DNA from: Eledone cirrhosa
Lineage: Eukaryota
DNA length: 64,000 nt
Assembly: GCA_964016885.1 (NCBI GenBank)
Contig: OZ024740.1
Location: 49,042,001-49,106,000 of the forward strand
Reading direction: 5' to 3'
Shown here: piece after piece, positions 11,815 through 26,605 of the stretch
Layout: every line of letters starts with the position of its first letter
Numbering within the stretch: the stretch's first letter is position 1
The notes under the pieces: model-generated
Database searches by the model: none
What the model was told of the DNA's origin: nothing
What the model saw: the letters and a program-made list of their open reading frames with translations, nothing else
Position numbers and translations under genes: made by a program

Positions 11815-14800
11815 TAATTTTATTTAAGTTTTAGATACTTTAATTTGCTACTATCTAAATCTAATCACGTATTGATAAAGCTGCCAATGAAACTTCAAAC
11901 TTGTCTATCACTATTTACATTTAGCAACTACTGTTGCACTTTTTATTCATAATATTAACTACATTCATTTTTTAAAATTTATATATTTTTTTGCGACATT
12001 TATTAAAATTTCTTTTTATTAATGTATCACTGTATTTTTTTTTACTGTAATTGGTAAACAGCGAATGGCAGTGAAACATTAGTAAAAATCTTCATATTAG
12101 TCATTTGGATTGCTTAACTTATTTTGAAGTTGATACTAGCCTAGGATCTTGTATATCCTGTGTTGTTTAACTATCCTTATGTCTTGTTAATGTTTAATGT
12201 ATTTAGAAGACATGGAATATTGTAAACATAGGTTATGGAGTAAATAGTTTTATTGTTTAAGTAGAAAGTTTTGTTGCTTAAGATTGATTACGTTATATTC
12301 CTATTTTTAAAACAACTATTGTTAAATTGGAACTTTAGATTCATATTATTTCATCATCTTCATCTTTACCAAATTTGTTTGTATCATCATCATCATCAAC
12401 ATCATTGTTATCATAATGTGCCTTTTCCATTTGGAGTAGGTGAGTTTCAAATGCAGTTTAATTGCATTAGATTTGACCTAAGGAAGTTAGGTCTTGTGAT
12501 AAGAGTTCCTCACTATACTTTTACTGCTTGTACCTCCCATTGCAATCTCTCATAGCACCCACCTTCACCAATCCATTGCATCCCTCTACCCAGTTTTTGT
12601 CATCTTGTCATCGAGGTTATCTCTTTTACGTTTATTAGCCAGTATTTTTGATACAGTCAATCACTTAACTAATGTGAGTTAATATTGCACATTAAATAGA
12701 ATGTTCTCAACTTGCGTGTTTCTAATCACTGCAGATCCTCAGCACTCACTCCTCATCTTTCACTGACATATAACTCCACACTTTTTTTCACACAGCTCCT
12801 ATACTCTGCTTTTGTTATCAGTAGGATTAGTAGATGTATGGAAACAACCTGCTTTGCTGCTAATGTTGTTTTTATGTAAATTTTAGTAGTGTCAAATATT
12901 TCTTTATATCAAAAAGGATATTAACAAAAATCTTGAGGCAAATACTATGTTATAGATGTAGTTTACTAAACCTTGGTTTGCAGGTTTCATAGGTGATTTT
13001 TTAAAGGAAGTTAGTTTGATAGGTAACCTGTATGAAAATTAGTTTTAGAGGTAGTCTGTATAGAAGTTAGTTTTAGAGGTAGTTTGAATGTTAATTTTAG
13101 AGGTAGGTTTTATGCGAGTTAATTTTGGATCCAGGTATATGAAAAAGATAATGAGTATATGCTGACATCTATCTCAACCAACCCGATTTTGTATTAATAG
13201 AAATGTTAATTTTATAAGTTTGAAATACTTGAATCATATTGTAGGAAATAATATATTGTAGAACGCAGTCATTTTGTATCTTCCTTTTATAAAATTTTCT
13301 TTTACTATTTGCATATATGTCTAAAGTATCTTTTATTAAATGTATAAGTTTCTTTTGTTTCTGAGCTTTTACCACCCTGTTATTTTCCCTCAAATTACCA
13401 TTCCATATATTACTAGGATTCATCTTAAAACACATTTAAATGATAAAACTAGAATGAAAAGGAAATTAATCATGTACCTGGTTTGAAACTTTGGTTTTTT
13501 TGTCAGATTATACAGTGAATATATTGTTTGAAAGTGGTTAATGAATGCTATTTGTGCAAGTAGTATTGATATAAGTTTCCAGAATTTCACCCCAAAAAAT
13601 CTAGTATAATTGGTAGTCTCTTCAAAGTCTCAATTTTGGATGAAATTAATACACTGATGCAATGCCAAAAATTTGAAGTCAAGAGGAAGTATATATAAAC
13701 AATTGAATCAGTTGCAATGCCAGACTGCTACTTCTGAAGAATCATGTATAGTGAAAACTCTGAGTTATGGCAGAGTGAATCATTAGTTTCAAACAAATAC
13801 ATATATATATATATGTATGTGAAAAGTAAACAGAAAACAACACAGTACAATGAAGATATATATTAGTTTTACACTTAGTATAGTAGGAAGATAGTTTTAA
13901 TGTTTCAGATGTTAGTCCTTCATCAGAAGATAGAATGAAAAATAAAAGAAGAAATAGAAAGATAGCAGAGAATGAGAAGAGGAAGAAATGGAAAGAAAAA
14001 ATACGTGTTCATTTTTTCATATTATCATGAATTCCTTGCAATCTGTTTAGAGCAGTAAAGTTCTTAAATCCACCATTAATGTTTCTAGACGTTCACAATC
14101 TCATCTTCAAGGCAAAGTGATGTTAGCATGTGTTTCTAGTTCTTTATAGTAAGCAGGGTCAATAAGATTAGAGAGGATGTTACCACAAGTATTTGGATTT
14201 TGACTGTTAGATTTATGTCATTTGTCAGGTGTTTATTTTTGTTTGCGACCAGTGCATGCTTGTAAATCTGAACACAAAATTTATCACACCAAACAATAAA
14301 TGAACACTAATACTACAAAACACTAAAACACATACACACAACACACAAGCATATAAACCCACAAATAAGCTACTAATGACCAATGTAATTAATAAATTTG
14401 TTTGTTCATGTGAAAGTTGTAAACTTCTTGGTTCCAACTCTTATATTTGCCATATGAGTACAACACTCTTCTGTTGGCACACCATACATTTGCAACAAGG
14501 TGTAATTGTAGATGATATACAAAACAAAATTACATAGGAAAATATTTGTAGACTGTATATCATCATCACCGTTTAACATCTATTTTCCATGGATTTGACA
14601 GATGTCACATGCTGAGGTCAGACTGGTCACTCTAAAGAATCTAAATCAATAATAGGTGATTAATGCAAACCTCTAACATGCCATGGATGACATTAGCTCC
14701 AATTAAGCACTAACTTAGTCTGTAATGATCTGGCCAACCCTTGCCAGCATGAGGATGTTGATGATGATAGCAGTAATTACTACACCATTTATAATATTGG

Positions 14801-15143
14801 CCTTGCATACTATGAACACATACAGTAACATATGCTAACATCATTTTATTATGAAAATGACAATATAAATGTCCAAACAAATTGCAAAGACCTTGAATGC
14901 AAATATGAAAAAAGAATAAAAAATAAAAAGATAAAACTATAGTTAATACAACATAACTGAAAGAAATTCTTTTCCCCACATATAAGGAAAGGACTCAATG
15001 GAGAACAGCAACAAACTGACTTCTGGTTCATATATTCGTACTCATAGAAACAAGGAAATGATATGAACATCACCTGAAAAGTCAATATTCTGTGAATATT
15101 GGCAAAACCCAGAGTAGTGATTAGTTCTACCTCTTTGTATGGT

Positions 15144-15178
<35 letters not shown>

Positions 15179-15181
<3 letters not shown>

Positions 15182-15790
15182 TGGCTGCCAACTCGTTTTC
15201 GAGTACGGCCACTACTTTATATCCATGTAGGAGAACCCCTACCGATGCGCTGAACGAATGTGACTTTTTAGTCCAGCCAGGGACTTGAAAACTGTGGTAC
15301 AAACACTACACTTGTGACAATTACTGACACATAGTGCTGGGCCCATTGTGCCATGTGACGACAGGTGCAGAGAGATCTCCAGATATAAAGCAATGCCTGT
15401 GCCGTGAAGCTTTTATAGTGAGAAAAGGCACTGCACAAAGCCAGTCCCACTCTCTTAACCAAGATGATATTTACCAAAAAGAAGAACAAGTCAACATCAT
15501 TGGATACCATCGGGATTGCAGGTGTTATATCAGAGTTTTCCTTCTCCTAGAATTCTGCCTTGACAAAGGCTAAGGGGTCATCTCTCCCGGTGATTTTGGA
15601 TGGCCATTGACTCTTAAGAGCTCCTTTGCCCTTTGACAGGTTTTATTTTTAGTCCTGCAGGATGTTCAAAGTCACCCTCCTCACCAAGAAACCTTGGTGG
15701 GGTTGCCAGTTTAGTCGCCAACGACCCGACCATGAGACAGGTTGTACTGGGATACATGTTACCAGTAGCACCAACTGGTGACCTGACAGG
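15179..15790 (-). mobile_element. Non-coding GC-richer insert between (TA)n tracts; probable non-autonomous RTE-derived element
   Basis: Sharp TA flanks on both sides; the - strand carries CTAGGAGAAGGAAAACTCTGA, a motif recalled from RTE 5' UTRs; no credible ORF. Confidence 0.5.
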
Positions 15791-15917
15791 TATATATATA
15801 TATATATACACACATACATACATTCATATACATACATATGCACACACACTTATAAAGAGTACAGAGAAAAAACTAGGCAAAATCTGTTGAAAATCGAAGA
15901 AAGATTTATTGCATAAT

Positions 15918-17165
15918 ATAATAATAATGAAATTATTGTGTACAGTGCTCAGGTGCACTACAACTTATCAAAGGTGCATGTATAGTACATAGAATAATGT
16001 ATAAATGTCAAGGAAGTGAATAGTGTATGAGTCATGATATACATGTGTGCGTGTGTATGGAGGGGGAATATTAGGCGTAGTGTTGGCGAATCTCAGGAAG
16101 CATGGAGGTTTTAAAGGATGCAGTGTCTCGACAGCTAACAATTGTTGCAGGGAGTTTGTTCCATGCTTCACCAACTCTGAGCGTGAAAAAATGTTTCTGA
16201 AAGTCATGGGAGCTGCGCTGTTTTGTGACTTTGTGGGCATGCCCACGTGTGTTAGACACATGGAAATCAAAAAGGTACTCAGGGTTGTTGTTGGCAAGAT
16301 GGTTAATAATTTTGTGGGTATTTACCAAGTCAGTTGCCAGACGTCGGAGCTTCTATGTATCCATGCCCAGGGAAGTAAGGCGTTCAGAGTATGGTAGATG
16401 CCTGATGGAGGGTATTCGCTTGGTTGCACGTCTCTGAACAGTTTCTAGGCGGTCAATGTTCTGAGCAACATAGGGATTCCAGACTGGTGATGCAAATTCT
16501 AAGTGTGGCTGCACCATAGCTATGTACAGCCTTAAATAGATAGGTGGAGAGCGGCTGACAAAGGTCTTGCTGAGTGATGCTAAGACACCCTCGGCTTTCT
16601 TGACAATTTTAGAGACGTGCTTTGTCCAACGCAAATCGCTGCTGACAGTAATGCCCAGGTCACGTTCACAAGAAGACTTCTTGATATTAATGTTGTGGGG
16701 GGTGTATGTGGACGCTGGGTTTTTACTCCCAAAATGCATGGTGGTACACTTTTCCACAGCCAACTTGAGTTGCCAGTCTGTGATCCATTGTTGCATTGTG
16801 TCCAGGTCAGATTGCAGGAAAGATCTATAGTGTTCAGGATCTGTCCTTTTTATCTCAAGGTACAGCTTGATATCATCTGTGTACTTTAGTACTGTGGCAT
16901 TCTTTAAGTTGGCATCTATGTCATTAATATATGCCACAAACAAAAGGGGGCCAAGAACAGATCCCTGTGGTACACCAGATGACATCTCATATGGTGAGGA
17001 ATGCTGTCCTAGAACTGTGACTACCTCTCTTCGACTGAGAATGAAGGACTTCAACCAGTTGAAAAGATCATCCTTTACACCCATTGCAGAGAGTTTTGCC
17101 ATAAGTCTTTTGTGTGGCACAGAATTGAAAGCTTTAGCAAAGTCAAGGTAAACAATATGGTCTCT
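15918..17165 (-). mobile_element. CR1/L2-clade LINE, 5'-truncated RT pseudogene
   Basis: ORF 16353-17243: YLDFAKAF, VPQGSVLGPLLF, YTDD, ERDLG, RPHLE-like motif; the CR1-type C-terminus FFTLRVGEAWNKLP lies in another frame (frameshift). Confidence 0.9.
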
Positions 17166-18084
17166 TACATGTGTTTCAATGCTGTTATGCATATATATAT
17201 ATATATATAAATAATTGTTTCTACATTTGGCACAAGGCCACAATATATATATGTAAATAATGTGTGTCTGTGTGTGGTTTTATGACTATGGCTAAGTTAT
17301 TGTTGCAATCACTGCACAGAACCTCTTCTATCATTGTCTCTGTTTGATTTAGACTTTGTGAAGGAATTTGAGTTGACGGAAATTATGTGAAAGCCCACTA
17401 GATACACTATATCTATAACTCAAAGAGTCAGTTTTTTCCTATACAGTGTGGTAATGATTTTGTATGATGGTTCTTATAAGGGTTCAAGGGTACAATATAA
17501 TTTACTATTTACCTCTCTGTCTATTTTTCCACACATCTATCTATATCTATAAAGCTATTCTGATTACTAGAACAATTTCAATAAATCTGTTCAATATACT
17601 CATTAAGTTTTCATTTAATGATTTTTAGTTTTTGCAATATTAGTTCCAAGCTGCATCAGATTTTGGTTACATCTACTTTTAGGATATTCTATTTCACAGA
17701 ATATCCTGTAATATTTAGCAGAAAATGTCTGAGTTTGTTAATTGAAATGTTTGTATTATCTTTACTACGGGACAGATTGTTGTGAAAATTAGCAGTATTA
17801 GAGCAAAGATTTTAATTTTTAATATGGTGCAGCCATTGTGCTGTTTTATACTTCTTATGAATGTCTTACCAATAGAGTTTCATGAGGTACAGGATGTTAA
17901 GAGTTAATATAAATATGTAAATTGGTATTGTCTTCTTAACTCTGACATTGTAAATGTGAACTAGTATATTATCTTGTTTGTATGATGTTAATCATTTGTT
18001 CAATAAATAATTACAAGATCTTCTAATCACTGGGCATGCACTACAAAAATCATTGGTCAGAATAAGTTAAAGAAAAAGAATAAT

Positions 18085-18290
18085 AATTTTTAATTTAGGC
18101 AGAATAGCAGATTGGGGGAGGGAAAAGTCAAATAAATCAACCCTAGTACTTGGCTGGTATTTTATTTTATTGGCCTCAGAGGAATGAAAGGCAAAATTGA
18201 CCTCAGTTGGATTTGAACACAGAACTTAAAGAACCAGAACAAATGCTGCAAAGTATTTTGCCTGACACTCTAATGATTCTACCAATCCAA
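18085..18290 (-). mobile_element. tRNA-derived SINE type 1, diverged
   Basis: gaatgaaaggcaaaattgacctc...ggatttgaac matches 5441-5617. Confidence 0.7.
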
Positions 18291-19225
18291 ATCACACATA
18301 GGAAAAAAATATATATATAATTTTCTTTTTAACCATTCATATTTGGTATTTTTCACAGATGGTGTAAAGAGGTAAAAGAAAGTTATAAATTACATTTAAA
18401 TATTGATAATTGAAAATGGAAAAGTTGAACGTAATTTTTATGACTAAGAACAATATTATTTTTGAGAAACAAATTTAAGAAATTAATAATAATTTAATAA
18501 TTTTTAAATCTGTTTATAAAGATTCAATTTATTATTTACATCTGCTCTGCTTAGCACCTTTTTCAATAGCCCAGGTATTGATTATAACTTCCCATGTTTT
18601 TTTGATTATTAAAAAAAAATCCTTAAATGCCCAATTTCGTACACATGACCAGCACTGCTTGCTTGCTCCTCTCCTAGTCCAAACACCTCACTTTAGTTGC
18701 CCCTTGGTCGCAGCTTTACTTATAGTTTCTGCCTTAGAGAGTTCAAAAAACACTGGTGGTGCATTAAGCAACAGCCCTCGACTGACTCCAACCTTCACTG
18801 TTTTGCAATGTTTGGGAGGAGAAAGACTAGGATATCTGTTTTGACAGGTGAGACTTTTCAGCTTTACTATATATGCATGTATGATGGTGTGGCTGTGTGG
18901 TTGTATGACAGGTCTTGCTGTATGATATACCTTTCTATTTATCTATCTATCTATATCATTGTGTTATTTTATTAGAAGTTAATGCTTCATTAACTGTAAC
19001 TTTGAGTATCATATTTTTTATTGTTCAAATGATTAATGAAAGGTAGCAGTGTGACAATATGTAAGTAAATATATTCATAAACTTATCAAGCTATGATTGG
19101 TTTGCAATACATCTAGATTCTATTAAAAAAATAAACAAAACAAAACTCAAGACAATTACACTATAATGAATATTTCTCCTCATTTGTAAACATAGACATT
19201 CACCAGTGCACATATATATTTATTA

Positions 19226-19247
19226 GTGTGTGTGCGTGTGCATGTGC

Positions 19248-19298
<51 letters not shown>
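19226..19298. repeat. (GT)n microsatellite
   Basis: Seen directly. Confidence 0.95.
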
Positions 19299-19300
<2 letters not shown>

Positions 19301-20999
19301 TCCACACCCACACATTGTGTATGTATAATTTATTTTTAAAACCAGAATAACAAAATAAACTATACATAGATCTAAAACTATTTATGGAAATCAACTCTAT
19401 ATGACTCCAGTGGCAATTGGGAGATGGAATTCAGAATAGAATTGGAATGAATGGTATATTGCTAGATAAACAATGTCTTTAAAAATTATATATATGTTTT
19501 CTTTCACTCTAATATATCAGCAATATGTTGTGCTCAATGAAATTCTCTTACAGATGGCAACAAGATTTATCAAGATTCCTGAAATAGAAAATTTATCAGG
19601 ATTCTTGGAGGTGGAAAATTTATTGTTGTTGTTGATGTTTGGAAACCCCAGTTTAGTTCTGACTGAGTACACATTTGACATGGTGGTGGTTAGCCAAATG
19701 ACTAGGTATAACCCATAGATCTATTGCTTGAGGTATATAATCGTTCTGCCTTGCTGACAAATGATACTGAATACTCTGACATGGTTATTGTTAATGTTGT
19801 TGTTGAGCTCTATGTCAACCTTGACTGAGCAGACTTATGATCAAAGGATATTCTAACTACGATTACCTCACTTTTCTCTTGAACATTGCATATCTAAGGT
19901 CACATTATATGACATATCACATTCTTTTCAAGACAGTAAGATGCAATTTAACCTTTTCATTAATATATTTCTAATGAAAAGCACTGCTTGTGATTTTCAA
20001 ATAATTTTGTAAATAATCAAGAATTTGAATGGATTTAATATGATTAATTTGTCATCATTAAGCTGGTATTTGGTGCACATCTTATCAGTGTTTTTACATA
20101 ACATTATGACAGAAGGCTTTTAAGGGATGGTTTTAAGCAGTTTAATATTAAAAGGGTTAAGGGAAATTTTGGTTGCGACCACATAGAAACTCCCTTGCTG
20201 GTTACTAATATGAGATTTATTTATTGTTATTTTTGAAGGTGGAAAATTTATTGTGATTTTTAGAAAATTTTGATAATCCTCCTAGCCACCATCTTAAGAA
20301 AAACAAGCAGACATCAAAACCACAACAATAATATCATCACAGTCTTGGGTTTGCTTCTAATTCCTATCAATATTGTAATTTACTGTTTTTACTGAATTTA
20401 AATAAAAATAGATAGAAGCTCATTGTAAAGAGTGAGTGGGATTTTGAAATAGTAATATTCCAGAAAAAGTAGGATTCCTGTGTCTGAATGCCCATCTTTT
20501 TAGTTGAATCAGTTGGTTGATTAAGTTTAAATACTCTGATAGAAAGCCAAGGAGTATTGTCTGATGAAAACACTTCTGAAGATTCTCTGAAGATCTAAGA
20601 AACTCAAAAGTATCCCAAAACTTTAAATGCATGAGTAATAATATCCCAAAACTTTAAATGCATGAGTAATAATTTATCATATATTTATTCATTAAATAAT
20701 TTACCAATAAAAGGCAAAGTTGACTATGATAGGATTTGAACTTTGAATGTAAAAGACTATAACTAAATACTATAAAGCCTTTGGTTTAGCACTGTTGTTT
20801 TTCAATATTTTAATATCGAAGTGGTTATCGTCAAATGATAGGCAATTTATGATAATTTACAGGGAAAGAATATACTAGAATGGCTTCCCTTCCAGGTTTA
20901 TAGGGAAACCTGAACTCAGCACTGCAAGATAACTATATTCTTGTTAATTATACTGTATTGTTTAACATCTAATAGTTCCAATAACTAGTGTACCAGTTG

Positions 21000-21295
21000 T
21001 TTGAACAATGGAACAGCCTGCTTGTGAAATTATCATGCAAGTGGCTGAGCATTCTACAGACGTGTACTTTACTGTATTTCTCAGGGGGATTCAATGTGAC
21101 ACAAGATCACAGCCAGGCTGTTCCATTGTTCAAACAACTGGTACAGTAGTTATGGGAATTAGTTACAACTTATTTTTATTTGCTGAGTGGACTGTGAAAT
21201 AAAGTGCTTTGCTCAAGTACACATATCTCTGGGAACAAACTCCTGAACTAGTTGTCAGGAATCAAATACCCTAACCACTAAGTAATACACCTTCA
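21000..21295 (-). mobile_element. tRNA-derived SINE type 2, diverged
   Basis: gtgaaataaagtgctttgctcaag and cctaaccactaag match 10940-11070. Confidence 0.6.
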
Positions 21296-23981
21296 TATAC
21301 TAAGTTCAAATTATCAACACTTTTAAGAGTCCTATATTAATGAAAAACACATTAGTGTTGTAAATACTAAGTATAATGTAAATTATTTTAGCTTCTTTAA
21401 ATTATCATTTCATTATATTTTGATAAACATTTAATATTGTTTGAAATTTCTAGTGTCTCAATTAATTTTTAAAATAATTAGGAATTTGGAGGAATTTAGT
21501 GAAATAACTTACTTTTTCATTATTCAGTTGTATTTTGTAACATAGGTTAAAAGGTTCTTACATAAAATTATGATAGAAGGTTTATTTTAGATAAATATAA
21601 ATGCTTTAAAATAAACAGTTTCATACCATCATCACAAGGGGTAAGCTGAACATTTTAAAAGTTAAGATTCATAAACGAATAATTACTATGACTAAATTAA
21701 TAAAACCGAATGTTTTCTCATACAATATAACACAAAGGAAGTCTAAACATGAAGCCCTTTGAGTCTAATAACATCATGTCATGGACATTTCTGAAAAATC
21801 ACATGATCACATACTCATGGAAGAAACAAAAATCAAACAGTATTTGATATTTTATCATCCCCAAAGGAAAAAAAAAGAAGAAAATCTTCAAGAAATCCCA
21901 ATAATTATCAAAGATCAAGGAAACAAAAATGTCCTTAACACACAAAGACAAATCTGCAAAATAGATATAGTATGTAAAGTTAAAATATTTTACATCTGTA
22001 GAGCTATTGTGACTCTTCAAATATTTTTGTTAAACATTTTAAGAAAATATTTATGGACATTTTCAGTTTATAGCTGGAATTTTGGATTTTTATTGGAAGA
22101 GAAACCCCAAGCTCTTCATATACATTATTATGTATATGCAGTGCACTAAATTTGGCATACAGTGACATTTGTGTGCCTCTTGGCCTGTCTGCAATACAGG
22201 CTAAACATTATCAATATGAATCCTTGTAGTAATATATGTTTGTTATTGTTGTTGTTATATTGCAGGTTGGGACTGGAGACCATTGAACTGGCAAGAAACT
22301 TCTCGTGCATCATCACATCTCATAAAACAGATCTTAACAGCCGATTATAATACTCAGCATTTCTGTGCTGGCATAAGTATGACAATCACTCATCTCACTG
22401 GCTGATTAGTTTTCACAATTTTTTTCCCTCTTGTATCTATGTTTATAATTTTTTCTTTCCTTCTATTCTTTTATTACTATCTCTCTTTTTATATCCCTGG
22501 CTTTTAATTTATTAATATTAATACTAATAAATTATCTGCCCAACCTATGCTAGCATGAATGGGGGGAAGAAATTAGATGCTAATAGTGGTAACTTTATAT
22601 TGGCTTGCTTTTCTTGTTTTCTTTTAATAGGAAATATAGTTTGCCTTTGCTTTTGTCTATTATGTTTGCATGTTCATTATCTGTTATTGCTGTTGATGTT
22701 TCTGTTGTAGATCACTGTTCGATCATATTATGGAGGCATGAATGTCTTGTCTTTTTCTTCATAAATCAAAATTTTAATATTGCTTCTTTTACAGTGATAT
22801 TACTAACAATATTGGGGCAATATGTTCATTTGTTTGCTGTTTTTATATTTGTTTCCTTTTTAACACAAGAAGTGGGAGGGATTGTTGTTGTTAGAGAGGA
22901 ATGATATTTATTGTATTAATATGAACACCTTCATGTTTTTATTTTATTGTTAAATTTTTTACTGCACATGTTTTTTTTTTTTTTTGTTGTTAGATTTGTT
23001 TGCCATAAAGTTAGAGTGAAATCAGCCAGGTAGACTAAAACAATCAGTTATGCACCTTGCTTCAGATTGCAATGTTTGAATTCATAGGCCGTAGTTTAGC
23101 ATATTATATTTACGTTCACTGGTAGGAAGAAAAACATTTTATAAATCTTTTTCATGTAATTTCAATTACATCTATTTCTTTGTGAAAGTTAGGATGGTAG
23201 AGAATAGACAATATTCTATAAAAATTATTAATAACTAGTAAATAACCCATGTTAGAGAAATATTTGGCACCCATAACATACACCAAAATTGAGTTGTAGC
23301 AGAGTGTGTGTATCCACAATTGCACACAATGCAGTGTAAGAGACCATGGTAACCACTAGATTGCAGCAATGTAAATTATGCTTATTTGTGCTTCTACTAT
23401 AAACAACACTTCCTTATTACCTCTAATCCCTGTAGATTCTTAAGCATGTCCTAAATTATCTCCCTTCTCCTCTCAACTTAAAAAAAGGGGTTGCCTCCTC
23501 CCTTTTCTATATACAGATAGAGAAACAGGTCTTTTATGATATAGATTAACAAGTCTAATTATGTAGGGTAACAGCAGCAAATGTTTTAAGGTCATTTTCT
23601 CCTACCAAAGTACTTATTATCTTTGCTGATCTCATTAAAGCAATGTTTAATAGCTGGATGCCCTTCCTGCAGCCAACCCTTTTAGTTGCCTCAAATGGCA
23701 TACAGGAATAAGGTGTATCTATTCTAAACTGGATACACACACATCATTAGTCAAATTATGTAGAGTGTGGGTATATATGATTGATTTCACCACAATTTAT
23801 ATTTGATCCTTATTTTTCTGATGACAGAGGTGAAAAGTAAAGCCAGGCTCAGCTTGTAGAGGGATAAAACTAAATGTTAGAAGATATTTAAGTTAGTGTT
23901 AACACATTCAATACAGAGTGCATCTTAAAGCTAACTAGAAATAATTATGTAGTAAGGAAAAATCAATATTACTCAATAGTT

Positions 23982-24170
23982 AATAATTGTTTCTACTTTT
24001 GGCACAAGGCCAGCAATTACCCAGTGTATTACTGGTACTTTATTTTATCGACCCTGTAAGGATGAAAGGCAAAGTTAATCTCGGCGGGATTTGAACTCAG
24101 AATGGCAAGGGCCGTAACTCTATGCGTCAAAGCATGGCGTTCGGCCCTCTACCGATACTGCCAATCCACC
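23982..24170 (-). mobile_element. tRNA-derived SINE type 1, near full-length
   Basis: A-box-like TGGCAGTATCGG, B box GTTCAAATCC, core as at 5441, ATT tail. Confidence 0.85.
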
Positions 24171-25379
24171 ATATTGTATTTCTTTTGGAAAATATGGGAG
24201 GCAACCCTGAACCTGTTTTGGACTTATATCTCCTCAACAAAGCATAGACTTGATTGCACTTGAGAATCACTAAGTAAATGGACAATAATCTATTCATGTT
24301 CATGTTAACATATTTAATTCAAGGAACATTAAAATTCAATGAAGGGTAAATTATATTAATCATGCACTTATATTATTTTGAGTTTTCTGGCAAGTATGGG
24401 AGACAACTACAGATTAATTTGATCCTCTACTCTCACTCTTTAACTATATTTCCTATAACAAAATATTAATATTACTTCACAGTATTGCATTTCTATTGCT
24501 ATTTAGAGACATTCTATAAAAGATGTTGTCTAGATCTCCACCACCCATAATCCAGTAGACCTATGGTTAAACGTTTTTCAACAGTAACCAACCTGCCTGT
24601 CTTTTTGATATAGTGTATTTAGATGACATTCTAATGTCTCTTTCCTTTAAGACAATGATGGCAACTTGGCTGCTATTTCTAGATGGTTGAGTGGCCACAT
24701 AGAACATCTCCTAGTAGTGTACAGTATAAAGGGAATACAGCTTATATAATAAATACAACAACACTAAAATGTTAGCACTTTACATTTGCAAATAAAAATT
24801 TATCTGCTAGATTTGTAATCATAATTTAATCTTTAGGACACTGAATTGTTTTATGAATTGCTTCCCATGACACTGTATTATGTATTAAGGGGAGATTACT
24901 CTCTCGTCGCAATTTGTTGCTGACAGCATGCTGAAGGATAAAGAGTGGTATTTCTATGGGTGTGAGGAAATGGAGGAGTGTAGTAGTAGGAGTAGGATAC
25001 CCTAACTTCAGTAGAAGAGGAAATAGAATGAAAAATAATAATCTTGAATTTCCATTTTTTACCAATTGAAATCTTGAATATTAAAGTGCAGAATAATAAA
25101 AAAAAACTAGCATATTGTTTTAGAAAATAGGCTAGAATGAACGTTTTACTTGTGAATTTAAATAAGCACCCTCATCTGTAATTTTTTTTATTATAATTAA
25201 TTACGATTCTGATAAAAAAAAGAATCTCAAATTCAATTTTTTCTACCTCATTTCCACTCCATATATATAAGTATTACCTGTTTGTTTTTTTCTAATACAC
25301 TTAGTTGATAATTTAATATGATATTTAATAGTAGTCTTAATTTTTAAAATTAAGATTTTAATGCATCATGAATTTCAAT

Positions 25380-26605
25380 CTTTTAACTCACATTGCATTT
25401 TTATAGATGCTTGAGTCAAACTTCTGTAAGGTTTTGTAAATAGGTTTCTTAGCTGTAAATGTCTTGTTCTTCAAATATTATTTTTAGTTTTATAATTGTC
25501 AAAAGATCTAACAACATCCTATTTTTTAGTATGGTTTTGGTTCTCTAAAACACACTTTCAGTTGTTGCATTGCTTAGTTGTGACATGTAAATAGTCAATG
25601 TCTATTCTGACAAATTTGGCAACACAATTTCGTCAGCTGCATTTTAAAATGTTGTTGCTTTCTTTACTACCCATGTATTGAGTGAATTTCTTTTCAAATT
25701 CACACAACACTGGCCTCATACCTGTTCAAGAAAGCTCATTAGTTGCATCTGAATACTTAGCTTGTAATAATACTTGACATAGCTAGATGCCATTAGAAAA
25801 TGTGTTTTAATGCATCCCACTGGCTAAGAATACTTCATGCTAACCATCTTATAGCTGAAAGGGGAATCATTTTCAATATTTTCTCACCATCATTGATTCA
25901 TCTATATATTTCCATTTAAGATTCTTTTTGCAACATTGATCTTAACAGATAGTTCATATCATCTTCAACAGCATGGGAACATGTTAAATGTTCATTAACA
26001 TCTTGAGAGAATTATTAATACCTCAAAGGTGTGAAGTTTCATCTGTTGCAATAAAACTTAACCCCAATTTAATACAACCTTTCATTGGAATTTTTGTCAC
26101 AGGAATTAATCTTAACGACTGTAATACAATTGTACTTTTTCATTCATTGTAATGTCTAACACATACGTAGGGGCTTTTTACAAGCAGCATCAAGTGACTC
26201 ATCCCAAATCAAAGGGAGCAACATTTATTTCTGTTTTCAATTTGTACTTTCAGTAAGGATGAAGCAACAACATTTTTATTTTGTTCTGTGCAGTTTCAAA
26301 TCAACTGCAATTGATAAATAAGTTCTCTTTAATGATCAACACTGAATTTGTGCTTGGCAAGCTACAAATGCTGCTAACTGTAGTTCTAATTTTGTTATTT
26401 TGCTACTGCGTATTTGAGTTATTAGAGCACAGTGTTTATATTTAGCTGAAAAAGCATGCTTTGTAAGATTGGTTTTGTGAGCTCATATTTCAATGTTGCA
26501 CACTTTACATTAAGCTTTATTGCTGTTATATTTTACTTCTCTTACCCAATTTGAAAATTGTGGGTTAGTTAGCCAAGATGACTTGTACTTTGACCAATTG
26601 CTCAT
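25380..26605 (-). pseudogene. Decayed hAT-superfamily DNA transposase
   Basis: Manual translation: MSNWSKYKSSWLTNPQFSNWV...KA*CKVC...NLTKHA (BED-like zinc finger), LELQLAAFVA, LKLHRTK, RWLA*SILSQWDALKHIF; many stops; no TIRs confirmed. Confidence 0.7.

Noticed and set aside
13895-13930. CTGATGAaggactaacatctGAAAcatta on the - strand
   Set aside because: Hammerhead-like core, but stems I and III barely pair; at most a heavily decayed relic
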